DNA from: Trichinella spiralis
Taxonomy: Eukaryota
Assembly (NCBI RefSeq): GCF_000181795.1
Contig: NW_003526944.1
Span: 2,710,205 to 2,774,204 of the forward strand
Length of the DNA: 64,000 nt
Reading direction: 5' to 3'
Position numbers and translations under genes: made by a program. Numbering within the stretch: position 1 is the stretch's first letter; every line of letters begins with the position of its first letter. This document shows positions 1 to 13,000 of this stretch, one piece after another. A model generated the notes under the pieces. It ran no database searches. It was not told the DNA's origin and was given only the letters and a program-made list of their open reading frames with translations.

Positions 1-76
1 ACTTAATATAACACACAGACCATTCACGTTGATGATTCCATTTTCTCCATCTCATTCACATTTATTTAAATTTCAG

Positions 77-186
77 CTCCACCACCGCCGTACAGTGTCG
101 TCTGTCCAGGAATGTCCTCCTCATCCAGCTCAGCCGGTGCATCTCTTTTGCCTTTCACGGAACGACATCCGCCAACTGACGTTTGA
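77..186 (+). CDS. Probable terminal coding exon of a gene starting left of the window; encodes (A)PPPPYSVVCPGMSSSSSSAGASLLPFTERHPPTDV* with a PPxY (WW-binding) motif
   Basis: TTTCAG acceptor at 71-76, a GC-richer open frame to TGA at 184-186, then AT-rich 3'UTR-like sequence. Confidence 0.45.
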
Positions 187-1193
187 GAGCAACTTTTTTT
201 TTGTCTATGCTTCCTCACCCCCATTTATTAAATTGAATTTTTTTCGAAAATGAATATCGGCAATTCTCTCGTTGAACATTTGATTAAAAGAAAACCTTTT
301 TTCTCTTTGTTAGAAACTGAGTACAAGCATCTATGTACATATTATAGGCGTGCAGATGGATAGATTTATGCATGTATGTATGTAAAATAGAGGAGAATGT
401 TGGTCGGCCGGCCGGCCGGCTTAATTTCCCTCGGGACGCGATTGAGTTAGAAAATGTTAGGCCGAGACGGCCGCTAGTTTGGGCCTTGTCAACGCCGTCC
501 GGGGGTCTTCTCATGATTCAATTACTCTTGAAACTAAGCAAGTTGACGTTCTCTTATTAATGGCTAATTTCCAGCGTTGACTTGCCAGCGCTGCTTTTCA
601 CCGGGGAAAAAGAGCAACTAGCGCACGAGCAACACGCTAAACATAACAAAGGAAAAAAAGAAGAAGCCTGAAAAAGCACCGACCAGCAAGCAGCCAACTT
701 AGCAAGCTTTTCCCTCAATGCATCTTTCAACAAATGATGGCTAAAGTAGTAGTACTGATTTTCTGCTATTTCTCTACTATTGTTTGGCAAAAGTTTTCAT
801 TCACTGCTATCCATCCACTGACGAGTCAAGCTGAAATCGATCGACCCGGTTCAACTAACACCGACAAACTCTGTACGCTAAACATCGACACAACACACCG
901 TCCCCATTTTGCCATTTATACAAACAAACAAACAAACAAACAACAAGCCTCAATACTTCCTTCCAACCTTGATGCCTACACTAGTTCACTGTTGTTCGGC
1001 ATTTTATATTCAAATCAATCACCAACAGCTTTATCTGTATTGTATCAATCAACTGCAAAGTCGATAGCTCAATTTTCTATTAATTAACCACAAATGACAC
1101 TGATTACAGGGAATCTGATAACAACAATACACGAAGAAGAATATCATTTCTGCAAACAACTCTAACTTAATACCTAACTAACAACAAGGTCCG

Positions 1194-1231
1194 TCATTCA
1201 TTCATTCATTCATGCATGCATGCATGCATGC
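1194..1231. repeat. Compound microsatellite (CATT)n(CATG)n
   Basis: Seen directly: cattcattcattcattcatgcatgcatgcatgcatgc. Confidence 0.85.
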
Positions 1232-4200
1232 TATCATCAAAGTTGTTTGTACAATTAATTATTTCAAATCACAACATCTCGAATGTGGAATCAATGAAAA
1301 TTTTCATATCAAATTAAAAGAAAAAAAATTATTTCTCCTTTTCCATATTCGCATTCAAGTTTCAAAATGGAAATTCCATTTATCATTTTATCAATATTAA
1401 AAGATCTTTTAATGGAAAAATGAATAGGACGACAATTCCGATTGATGCTGTTATTGGAAAATAATTAATCATTGTGCGTTTGCTGTTAAAAAAGAAACAA
1501 CAACAACAGCAACAGAAGAAATGCATGATTAAATTAAATCTTATTTAATCATGCGCATCCGTTTGTTTGTCCATCGAATCAATTTTCACTTTCTCATACA
1601 GGTGCAAAAAGCGTACGGTAGAGGGGAAGAGGGGAAATTTTATTTTGCACAATTTCAACATTTCGACAATATTCGCGATGGGATACTATTCGAGAATTTC
1701 ACAGTTGAAAACTGACACCCAAGTCAAGACGAGACATTCAATGTCACCTCCCGGCTAATTGTTGACAGCTAGTATACGATTTGTTCGCCTTCTGCATTGA
1801 GCAGAGCAAGCTCGGCCGGGCTGTGTGATTCTTGCTTTGTTGATCATTAAAAGTTTCGACTCGGTGAGGCAGTTGTCACTAATCAGAGATGCAAACATTC
1901 ATTAGGCCGAAAACCAAACTCGGTCTAGCAGACAAATTGAAAGCTTCCACCACCACCACCACACTCTCTCTCCAAGGCCACATTATGCATTGACAGCATG
2001 CAAATTTATCTCAACGTTTATTGTATTATTACTATATAATTATTCTATTTGCACATACATACATATATATGTATGGATTTCCGTAAATCTCAAATTTCCA
2101 AAATGATGGATATGCATTTGAAAACAACAACGTTTGTCGTTTGAACAACATACTTGTACCCACGAAGACAAACAAGGTTGAATATTATTTTTTTAAAAAT
2201 TACAAAATTAAAAATAATCCATCTTCCACATTGGACAATGTTAAAAATTATTGAAGCAAAACAAACATTCACCTGCATCTCAGTGGCAAACAGTTGTCAG
2301 CAATTAAAAAGATGAATTGCTTGTTCTTTTGCTTGTTTGACATTTTGATTACTTTATGCGCAATCATATATATACTATTATTACTATTGCAAAATTTGAA
2401 AAAATATCCCCCATCTACAACAAGTGTTTGTTTTGCGCAATGACTAGTTGTGAATATTTTCTACCCAACTATTGAACACAAATTCGTGTAAACGAAACCA
2501 CAAAATTTGAAAAGCCACAAAAAAAGCTCATAATAGTGGGAAAAAAGTGCAATAACAATAATAATTAAAAATTCACTTACCTGAAAATTAATAGTAGAAA
2601 CATTGTAGTCGACAAGACGACAGCTTCTTTTTAATTTCTTTCAACGACTTTGCTTTGACGATTATTATGCAACAGATCTGCAAATATTTTCCACATCAAT
2701 TTCAAACCAAACCATTTAACACTTATAATTTAAAAAAAAACAAAAAAATAATGTAATCTCTAGCACCATGTGCAATTGTATAAGTTAAGCGTTTCAAATT
2801 TTATTCAAAATCAAAATACCAAATAAAATTATACTTATAATAATAAATTATTTTTTTAAAAAAGTAATAAAATGTTCTTCTTGTTGTTAGTTTTGAAATA
2901 TTATTCAAACATGAAATTTAATGGATTGTTTCAAAAATAACTGTGGAAAAATTAATCTGCAACAGGTTGTGACAAATTAGCAGAATCAACTTGACGCAAC
3001 CTGCTTATTTCAATAAGTTATCAATTTTCCTCGGCTTTGCTGTGAAGTTTTTTTCCCATTTTCAAATTTCAAATTTAATAACGTTGCACGAGCACACACC
3101 ACACACGCATCTGTTTCATGTGTTACTCTTCTGTTTTTTTTTGTCTGCAGATTGCAAGCTGTGAATTGAAAAGGAGAAAATTCAGTTGTCGAGCAAAGTT
3201 TGCCCAGCAGCTAAAAGAAGAGCATTTGGAATCTATAAATGAACCAACCCGCTTGAACAATGAATGCAGGAAACCTCATTACACTCGACATGCTTAAAAA
3301 TGTTCAACACTGCGCAACCCCTCTGGCTGATTGACTTCATCTTTCAAAACTCTATTCACTAAATTATTATATATGCATGCATAGATGTATTTGAAAAAGA
3401 AACAAATTTACATTTGCAATCATTATTTTCAAATTACCAAAACATAATATCAAAATGTGATTGATCATTTTCATAATATGCATAACAAATTTGAAAAATA
3501 ACTTTATCTTCATGGATGCATTAAAAAAGCACACATACATTCAACTATTAAATTTTAGAATGAAAAATTACTCAGAAAATTCAATTACAGTTATGCGGCG
3601 AATGATACAATCATAAAAATTGGAAATTTTTTTCCTCAAACCGATTAGTAGTACATTGAAAGAAAACATTGATGACGTGAAAAATAATGAATATTGCATA
3701 AGAAACGTCAAGTGTTCATTTCTGTAATTGTAATTTTACATCTCTTATGCTTTTCAATGTATTAAATAAAAATTTACCAATATTGATTTCACAAGCATTC
3801 TGAAATATTAAAAAAAGAAAAACTAGATTACATTGAAATTTATTGAAATGATGACACAAAAGTAATTAAATTTTCAATAACTTCACTTAATTGAAAAATA
3901 CTTTTCTATTTCAATTTGAATTTAACCATTCACCTTCAACAAACAAACAATTCGACAATTTTCTCAAGTCTGATCTCGGCGGAAGCTATAAAATCTACCT
4001 TTTGATATGCAGAACAAAATACGAAATAAAACTGGAACAACGCTACCATAAATCATAATTTCAATAAATTATTCAGTTTCGCAAATGTTAATCTTGGGTA
4101 AATATCTACTCTAGAAAATTTAAATAAACATTCACACTATTTTTGATAAAATGACAACCCAACGCGCGGAGTAACAAACACAAAATTATATCTTTACTAT

Positions 4201-4562
4201 TGAAAATTGATAACTATCAAATGTTATGATTATTAAAAAAATGAAATTCTACTCACCAATTTCAGAATACAAAAACAGCAGCAACGTTGATGACAGCAAT
4301 TTAAATTTTATTAAAACAATATAAACCTGGAGTTGATGACAAGTCGAAATGCAATGTATCATTCATTGTACATGTTACAACTGAACTGGACTACTGAACG
4401 CGCACGTAGGCGTAGACAAAACTAAAATGAAAAAATTATTTTGCGCTCAATTTAAGTACCTTCGTGTCTTTAACCTAAATAAATTTCAAATTTCAAACGG
4501 TACATCATTATCACTTATATAGTTTTGTTGTTTATTTTGAAAAATTTTCCATTAAAAAAATT

Positions 4563-4564
<2 letters not shown>

Positions 4565-4608
<44 letters not shown>
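4565..4608. repeat. (ATT)n microsatellite
   Basis: About 14 perfect ATT units. Confidence 0.95.
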
Positions 4609-4609
<1 letters not shown>

Positions 4610-5003
4610 TATCAACTATTTGATAAATTACTCAATTTAAGAAAATTAAATAACATCTAAATTCTAATGCAAAAATGATATGCATGTAGAAAATTATTTT
4701 TTTAATTAAAATTAAAAAAAATTTCAAATTATTTATTTTTGAAATAAAATAAAACAAAATGGGTCGCCAAAGCTACTTTTGACAACGTACTTGATCAGAA
4801 ACTTAAACTGTTCAAATTTCAAACTTCATTAAAAAAATTTTAATGAAACTTTTTTAATAAATAAATTTAAATGCTGCTTTTCTCTTTTATTCTTAAAACA
4901 ATTTTTCTTATCAAGACTTCATAAATCACAACTACTTTACTGTGCATTCTCTGACAGAAACAAATTCGAATTTAACATTTTATTCTTGAAATAAAACGTA
5001 ATT

Positions 5004-8000
5004 TCATTCATCAGTATTCATCAAATCATTTTCAAATAAACAATCATTACAATCGACCATCCCAACTTTGTTGATTGCTTCCTCCGTTTCAGAACTAATA
5101 CCGTTCACTTCTCTTTGTGCCGACGCATCCCACATTGTCTGAAAATGCAACAGTGAAATTTTGGAAAAGCAAAAATTACTCATGATTATCATTAGCATCA
5201 CCTCATCATCTTCCTTCTCACTGCTATTCCAATCTTCTGAAAATTTTTCCATCAACGTGAGTGAACTTGATAACAATGGTTTTTTTTAAAAAAATTTACA
5301 TACCTGCGGAAAAGACAAGTTTTGCTTTATTTTCTGAAAACGGATTCACGTTGGTGCTTTTTTCGGAAAGATTATTAAAAATCATATCCAGACGACCTTG
5401 AAGCGAGTAGACTTTTTCCAACGATGATGTTCTCGATTGTAACAAACGAAGCATCTTGTCCATAACACCAAGAGCTTCTGGATTCTATTAAAAGAAATGT
5501 AAAATTAACAACACTGATAAAAGTGCCGGCCTTCTACCACCTACAGAACACAAATATGTCGTCTGAAATGAACAAAGCTGTTCTAACCACAGTAAATATG
5601 ATGTACACCTGAACACGACAAAATTAATAACGGTATCAACAATAATTCAAAAAAAAATCACCTCGGTTTAATGCGCAACTGTTGTGCAATATATTCCAAC
5701 AGTGGTACTATAGAAGTAACGGGCAATTTTCTTACTGTAGCTTTGATAGTGTCCATATTTCTGGTTTTGAGCACTTTCTAAAGAAACAGAAATCAAAATC
5801 ATCAGTACAAAAATTCCAGACGATACGATAAAACTGCCCATCTCACTTTCAATATCTTATCATCTTTACTGTGCAATCCTTGAGTTAATAACAATGTCTG
5901 GGATTTTAACGAATGTTTCACTTCAACAGTTTCCGCATCAACAGCCGATGATCCCACAAGTTCCATCAAACGTTCTTCCATCGTTACCTTTTATCATTAA
6001 AATATTTTCAAAAAAAATATATATATATCTAACATCTAATGTCAGCTTACCTCGGAAACTGACTTTTTTTCAGCATTCCCATTTTTGAGAGGCAATTGGT
6101 AATCATCGTATGCATGCAAATATTTCACTTTTTTCTTATCAATAATCGGCTCTTTCACCTAATGCAAAAAATACCTCAATCATTATATATATAAAGAAAT
6201 GTAAAACTATTCACATTCGTAGTAGACTGATGAGCAAGTGTTAATTTGAAACTTCGAATCGGATCTGCTCTAATCAAGCATACTTCGGATTCCAAATCCA
6301 GTAACTTCTGAAACAAGAAGAAAAATCACACTAAATAACAATGCAACATCATAATTTAAAAGAACGCATATTACCAACTTGGCAAAACCCGGCGAAACAG
6401 CAGATCCATACAGAAATATCACAGCGAGATTGTCAATAGAAAAATTAGCTGCTAAAATTGGTAATATCTTTCCACGTTCTGACTCTGATGCTACGCAAAT
6501 AGAACTGCGTGGTTTGGATGGTTTATTAATAAACCTAAAATTTTATCATAAATGAACAAATAAAAATTAAACTGTACATCTAAAGTTAATAATGCAATAT
6601 ACAACCTAAACAAAATGGCTGTTTTTCCTCAATTTAAATTGAAAAAAATTGTGAAAAATCTACAAACTAAAAATTAAAAAAAAACGTAAAATTATAAATA
6701 TGCATCATATTGTAATCTTGTAACCCCTTTGCTCTACATAAAATACATGCAAAAGTTGCATTCTTAAACTGATAATAAAGTCTACATCCACTATAAATAA
6801 AATAAATACGAAAACTTTAATTAAAAATAAAACAGCATTACAGTATGTTCGAAGCATTACACTAATGTTTATTTACCCATTGATGTGCAAATCGAATATC
6901 TTCAAGTAGCCATCTGCTGTAAGGATGTTTACATAAACTGTCTAAAAATATAATCAACAGTAAGCGAAAAGTAGCAGCTTCACAAAAGCACAAAAATACT
7001 TCATTGTCATCAAACGGTTCTGACACTGCAACATAAGTTGGATTGACGGAAACAATCATTGTTACAACTGGCTTTTTTACAACTCTTTCGGCATTTGAAT
7101 TTACTTCCCTGCAAAAAATTCAAAAATATACACAGTGATATATGGAAAATATAAATTTTGAAAACTTGAATAATACCATGCAGAAATTAATCGGTCATCT
7201 TGGGCGGCTGAAATAAAATAACTCCTTAGATTCCCATCTTCTTCGACCTGATGCGTAAAGGCAAATTTCAAAGCAAAAACAGGTGATGAATGGCCAGCAA
7301 ATTTTCGCACGCAATGCTTTGTCTTCAAATCCCACATTTTAATAGCTTGGCTGGCCGTTATTAGGTATTCATTCTGATGTGGCAAGATTTCCAAACTGTA
7401 CACTGGTGACGAATGAGCTTTCCATTTGCTAAAAGCAATGCGATTGCTATATAAGCAAATTTCACATGGTGGTGGCAATATATTTACCAAACAACAGTTC
7501 GCTTCTCTACATTCCATTGAATAACATTACCATCATCAAAACCCGAAAACAACCCTGAATGACTTGACCAACGCAAACAATTAGTACTGCATGTCTGATC
7601 TTCACCCTGAGTAAATTAAATGGTTTAGTTACACAAAATCAAAAACAAACGTCAATGGTTAATAGTAAAACGTAGAAAACAAATGTATTGAATTGGTTAA
7701 CAAATGAATACAAATAAATTCACATTATATCAGAATGAAATTAAAGTTTTGTCACTCACCAGAGTTGCAACGAGGTCATTAAATTTGGCACGAAGCACCA
7801 ATATAGAACCAACACTGGTACCAACAGCAAATAAATTGTCTTCATCTGGCAATGTAGATGATTCTCTGTTTTCCTGCAGAATTAATTTTACAAAAATAAC
7901 ATAAAATGGAAATTTAAAACACCCAATAAACAAACCTTCCACGCTATACACTGACAAACGGCACGTAAATGGTCGGGAGGAACGTGTTCTTGAATAATAC

Positions 8001-8076
8001 GATTGTCCTCAAAATTATAAACTCTTATTCCTTCTTCACCAACACCGGCTAACAGATGGCCACGGAATTCGAACAT
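5004..8076 (-). CDS. WDR43: WD repeat-containing protein 43 / UTP5 (SSU processome t-UTP); multi-exon; start codon uncertain (could lie near 8195)
   Basis: N-terminal WD40 exons (KWKAHSSPVYSL..., IKMWDLKTKHCVRKFAGHSSPV...AAQDDRLISAW). C-terminal Utp12-like exons (LLITQGLHSKDDKIL, TIKATVRKLP, LQGRLDMI) and an acidic tail. GT-AG introns. Confidence 0.85.
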
Positions 8077-10062
8077 TTCAAACTGCATAAAAATAAATAA
8101 CAATTACAGGTAAAGGAATAACAAACTCTTTCAATAAACACTTTAAAAAACTACACAAGTAAGAAATTGAGAAAAAACAGATGTCCTCTTAAAAATGCAG
8201 CTCATCAAAAGAAAAATTCTATTCTGTCCAAGAATTAGTAAATTTTAGTTATTATTTAACCTCATTATGCTACAAAAGTTAACGACAAAGAGGCATGTCA
8301 ACGACTGTCAATAAATAAATATGCCCTGACAGTGCAGCTTCAATTACAGTATGTTAAGATAAGACAACTTACTTAATTATCAAATTAGGGATTGCCAATA
8401 TAAAATGGCTGTAAATTGATGAATAAATGTTTTAAGTACATTTTAAAATTATTTTTTAATATACAATTATAATATGTTATTTTTTATCATTAAAAAATGA
8501 GTTTTTACTGCAGTTTGTTTTGAAAAGAAAAACGGGAAAAATTAATTGACAGATTTTTTGAATTATTAAATTTACAGAGCAGATATCATTATTCTAATAT
8601 AATGCATTAAAATATTGATTTAAAAAACTTGATTTAATATGAACTAAAAAATGCGCAACACCAGCAAGATTACAGTAACAGGAAAAAATATTGCCTAGCA
8701 CTTAAATAAGTCAATACTGAATTTTATTTTGCAAAAACAAAAGCAAAATTTTGAATATTTGCAACTAAAGTCATGTTAATATAACCTGGTTTTAATGCTC
8801 CTTTAATGGCATAAAATTATAATTTTGTAATTATTATTTTGATGGCTGAAAAATTTTGGTTTAAAATGTTTCAGTGGAATAATATAAATGAAAATAGTCC
8901 GATTTTATGTGTCACAAAAAATTACGGAATTCAAAATAATAAAAACTGTGATAAGTACTTTTGTACAGTTATCAATAAGTGACATATCTGAGAGATATCA
9001 TGGACTGTGGAACAGGTCTTAGTAATTGACACAGTGGAAAATTATACAATTTTGAATCTACCAATTACCGTTTCGTTAATATAAACTGATATTTTAAGTA
9101 GGTCACTTGACTTGGTTTAACATATATACTGTAGAGAAATTAAAATTTGAATGAAATTGCAGATTGGTACCGTTGGCAATTAAAAAAATGAGGCACTTAT
9201 GCTTTAAATTATTTAAATATTATCCGAAATTATGCAGTCGATATTACATTCATCCTATTAAGTTTGAAAATTAGATAAAGCTTAGTGTTATTTTACTTGA
9301 AATTTTTTGTTTCCAAAATAACAAAATGAAGAATAAAAATTTTAAACTCTAATAAGTGAAGTGTATTTAAAATATTTTACATTATTTAAAGAGAGCAATA
9401 AAATTTAATGGTAAAGTTGAATTAATCTTGATAATATGAAAGTTTACTGTTTGCAATTTATTAATAATATTTTTTTCTTCTTTGTATTTTAAAAAACTTT
9501 TGTTTTCAACATAGTTTTCAAAAAATGTTTCTCTGTAGTTAATATATTCTAAGTAAGAGTTTCCGCCGTATAGATTCTTTCAACTGTCCTGCATTGCTTT
9601 GTATTTTCGTTTCATTCAAATTATATGAAAATCTCAACTTTCTACTGCATTCATGTGAAATGTAAATGTATTCGTTGTTCATTGTTATTAAATATTATTT
9701 ATGCGCGTTTTTCGATTGCTTTGTAATTGTAAAAAATACTTAATATGATTTACAGTGAAATATGGTCGTAATTTTTAAACAATTTTCAAATGAGTTCAAA
9801 GACAAATGGTCGACAATGTACAGTAGGATTCGCGCTTTTCGCAACTGCAATCAGTAAATCGTTGTTCAGCAAAAACCAGTAATGCTGAAGGCGTCGACCA
9901 GGCCATTGTTTTGCTTATGCATGACGTTCTGTCATTATTCAGTGACAATTCAACTGGCGAAGTTGATCAGACTGCCGTTATTTAAACAAACAAACAAACA
10001 AAAATTTTTATGCTACCAATTTCTCTGTTAATAATTTCTGAAACTGACAATTAATAAGGAAA

Positions 10063-13000
10063 ATGCCTTTCACTCGTAACGCAAGGTAAGTTTTGTTTAC
10101 TTTTAATTTTTTTTGCAAACGTCAAACATGTTTTAAAAAGATTTTTGATGTAACTTTTTATGATTATCAATTTTCATTTAATAAAGTAATTCTAATTTTT
10201 TAAATCCTCCTGGATCTGTTAACCTTGTCGTTTAATCGATGCTGATCAGTATTTGTTTTGGCTTACGATGAGCCTAAAGGGCCCCGAAATGCCGGCCGCT
10301 ACACGTTTTTTTCCAAATCTTTTTGTTCGTTTATTTCAAAATTTGTTGGTCGGATATTCAGTACTGAATGGTATTTCATGTAATTTTCCTCACAGTAGTT
10401 CAAATATGCAATGCATTTTTCTTACTTTAACCGAATGATATAGTTTGACAAAAAATTTGATGTTGATGATGAACATTTTTGCACGTTTTCAACTGGGACA
10501 GTTGAAAATGACAGAAATTTTTTTCACACGAGTTGTTTACCTATAAATTAAGTAGTTAGTGTTCATTAATTTTGTTTTTTTGTCAGATTTATTCTCAGGG
10601 TGTTTTTCAAATTAATAAACAAACAGAGAACAGCCGCTTTCTGATTATGGATGTTGTAAATTTATACATGCTTTAATGACTGTTCTGCCATTTTGTTAAT
10701 AGTATGCGGAAAATGTGAGGTAGCATGTGTTGTCTTATTATACTTTTGTTGTTATGAGCAGCGTTGATTTTATTTTACAATTTTTTATCTTCATTTCCTC
10801 CTGTCATTTCATAAATTTGTTTTAATTTTGTATTATAGTTTATCGATGAGCTTGAACTTTACGATTTAGAAGTAATTTGCATAAATCGTCAAGTGATTGT
10901 TATAACAACTTTTCATTGTTAAAATAATATTGTCAGTAGAGTTCGACCACTTCAAAAATATCTTAACTTTACCGTATCAGCACCGTAACATGAAATGCAG
11001 GTAATGGAGCGCATACTGGTTTATTGGAGGAAAAAATGTTTTTGACAGCAATATTTATCAAAATGATGCCTATTTGTTGATATTTTTTTCGAAAACGTAA
11101 GAAGCATGAGCGTTTTATTTTTTACGCTGCATGTTTCATATTTGTGTATTTAAACATTTTTCTATCTTCATTATTATGAATTCAATTATCTTGTTCTGCC
11201 TCGTCATCTTATATCGTTGAGGATATCGTGAAGCAGCAGGTGTCAGCTGTGCAGCTTCTCTTTTGAAAAGGTGTTTGCACTGATATGTTCATGCTTTAAC
11301 GTTGATGCTTACATATTCGTTAGCCAAAATTGATCTTTGATCTATCGATTTGCCTGGTATGCGCTTCCGATTGTCTTTTACGCTAAAAGGCATGGATTCT
11401 TCTCTTATTGTTTTCTTGAAAATTATTCATGTCATAAGCATTCAACTTGAAGCAGCTACTGTCCAAAGGCTTTGCTTTACTTAACAAGCTGGTATTCATC
11501 CGGCTGTTTTTTTTGACAAAAAAGTCGAAGATGCTTGACAGCGCCTTGTTTTGGTATTGCTACATTAGTAGGTGGGTTTTTTATTTCAACCGTTTATATC
11601 TTTGAAAATAAAAGTGTTCCATGCAAATTGCGCGTCTGTTTATAATGATTTGATGAATAAATTTTAGATGCTGCACTTCAGATTGGTGATTTATTTATAA
11701 AAGAAACTGAATTTTTGATAACCTTTTGTTTTGTTTATTGTTCTTTATTATTATTATTATTTAATAATTTTACAGTTATATTTTGCCACTAAAAGGCTTA
11801 TTTGAACCAGTTGTTTGCAACAACGTGAACTTGAAGCGTTCGTAAGCACAAAGATAATTTGCATACGGATTCGCGTGTATCTGAGAAGATGGTCGCTTGG
11901 GGCGACCCTGTGATATACACGGCGCCGCATGCGCGCGTACGCGTGGCTGCTGCTTTGACGATGAACAGCGTCAGTTGCGGCTATGGAAAACAGTTGACAA
12001 TGCAGAAGATATTTTTATAATAATTTTAGAAACGTAGTTTTGCAATTTCGATCTTTGAACAATTTTACGTTAGTAACATCCGTTTCATCTTTCTTCAATT
12101 TGTTTTATTCTCACAAGTTTCATTTGTAACATTTCATTTATTTATTTATTTATTTTAATATTTTAGTAAATTCGTCCGCCGGAATATGGATCGATTTCGC
12201 CGGTCGATCATAAAGGCATTTCGGCCCAATTTGAATGATGATCATCCGCATTTCGTTCAACCCGATGCTTGGCAAGCCGATGAAATTGCCGTCCGGTCCG
12301 GAACATGTAGTTTTAATGTTAAGGTGAGTAATAGAAAATGATAGAAGAAAGGGAAATATTATTTGTTTATTTATTGTCTAATATTATTTCTAGTATTTGG
12401 GTTCTGTGGAAGTATACGAATCGAGAGGAATGCAAGTTTGTGAAGAGGCGATGAAAATGCTTCGTTCAAATCGACACCAACGTGCTGCACGTGGTGTTCT
12501 GTATGTATCCGGCGATGGTATACGGGTTGTTGACGTCGAAAACAAGGTGATCAATTTTTTTTAAATTTTTTTACCTATTTGCTGTATTTTATTCAATTTA
12601 TGATTGAAAGTTAGCTTCAAATTAGCTTATGGGTTGCTTAAATGAATAAGTGATAAGAATCGGAAGTGAGCATTTCCTTGGTGGTTTTAACATTGATTTT
12701 GAACAGGTATAGAAACTTTTGTTGACTTTTGAATTTTTATTTCATGTCAGTTTTCATGAAATTTTTTCAGGTAGAGATGTTAGTAAAATTTACATTCAGT
12801 TGTTTCATTTCGATTTTTATTTTCTTACAGTGAAAATTTTCTTTTTTACATAACTCCTAATGATGATCGATTGAACTTAACTTGATTGAGAAAGAGAGGG
12901 AGGGAAAAAGAAAAAAATGAGTGAGCAATTTCTTGAAAAAAATTCTAAACACAGTCGTGTCGTTTTTTCAGATGGTCAAAATTATTCATCCATGCATCTC

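Noticed and set aside
68..223. Minus-strand 52-aa ORF with C..C..GKR resembling a neuropeptide precursor
   Set aside because: It has no signal peptide, and the + strand PPPPY exon explains the region better.
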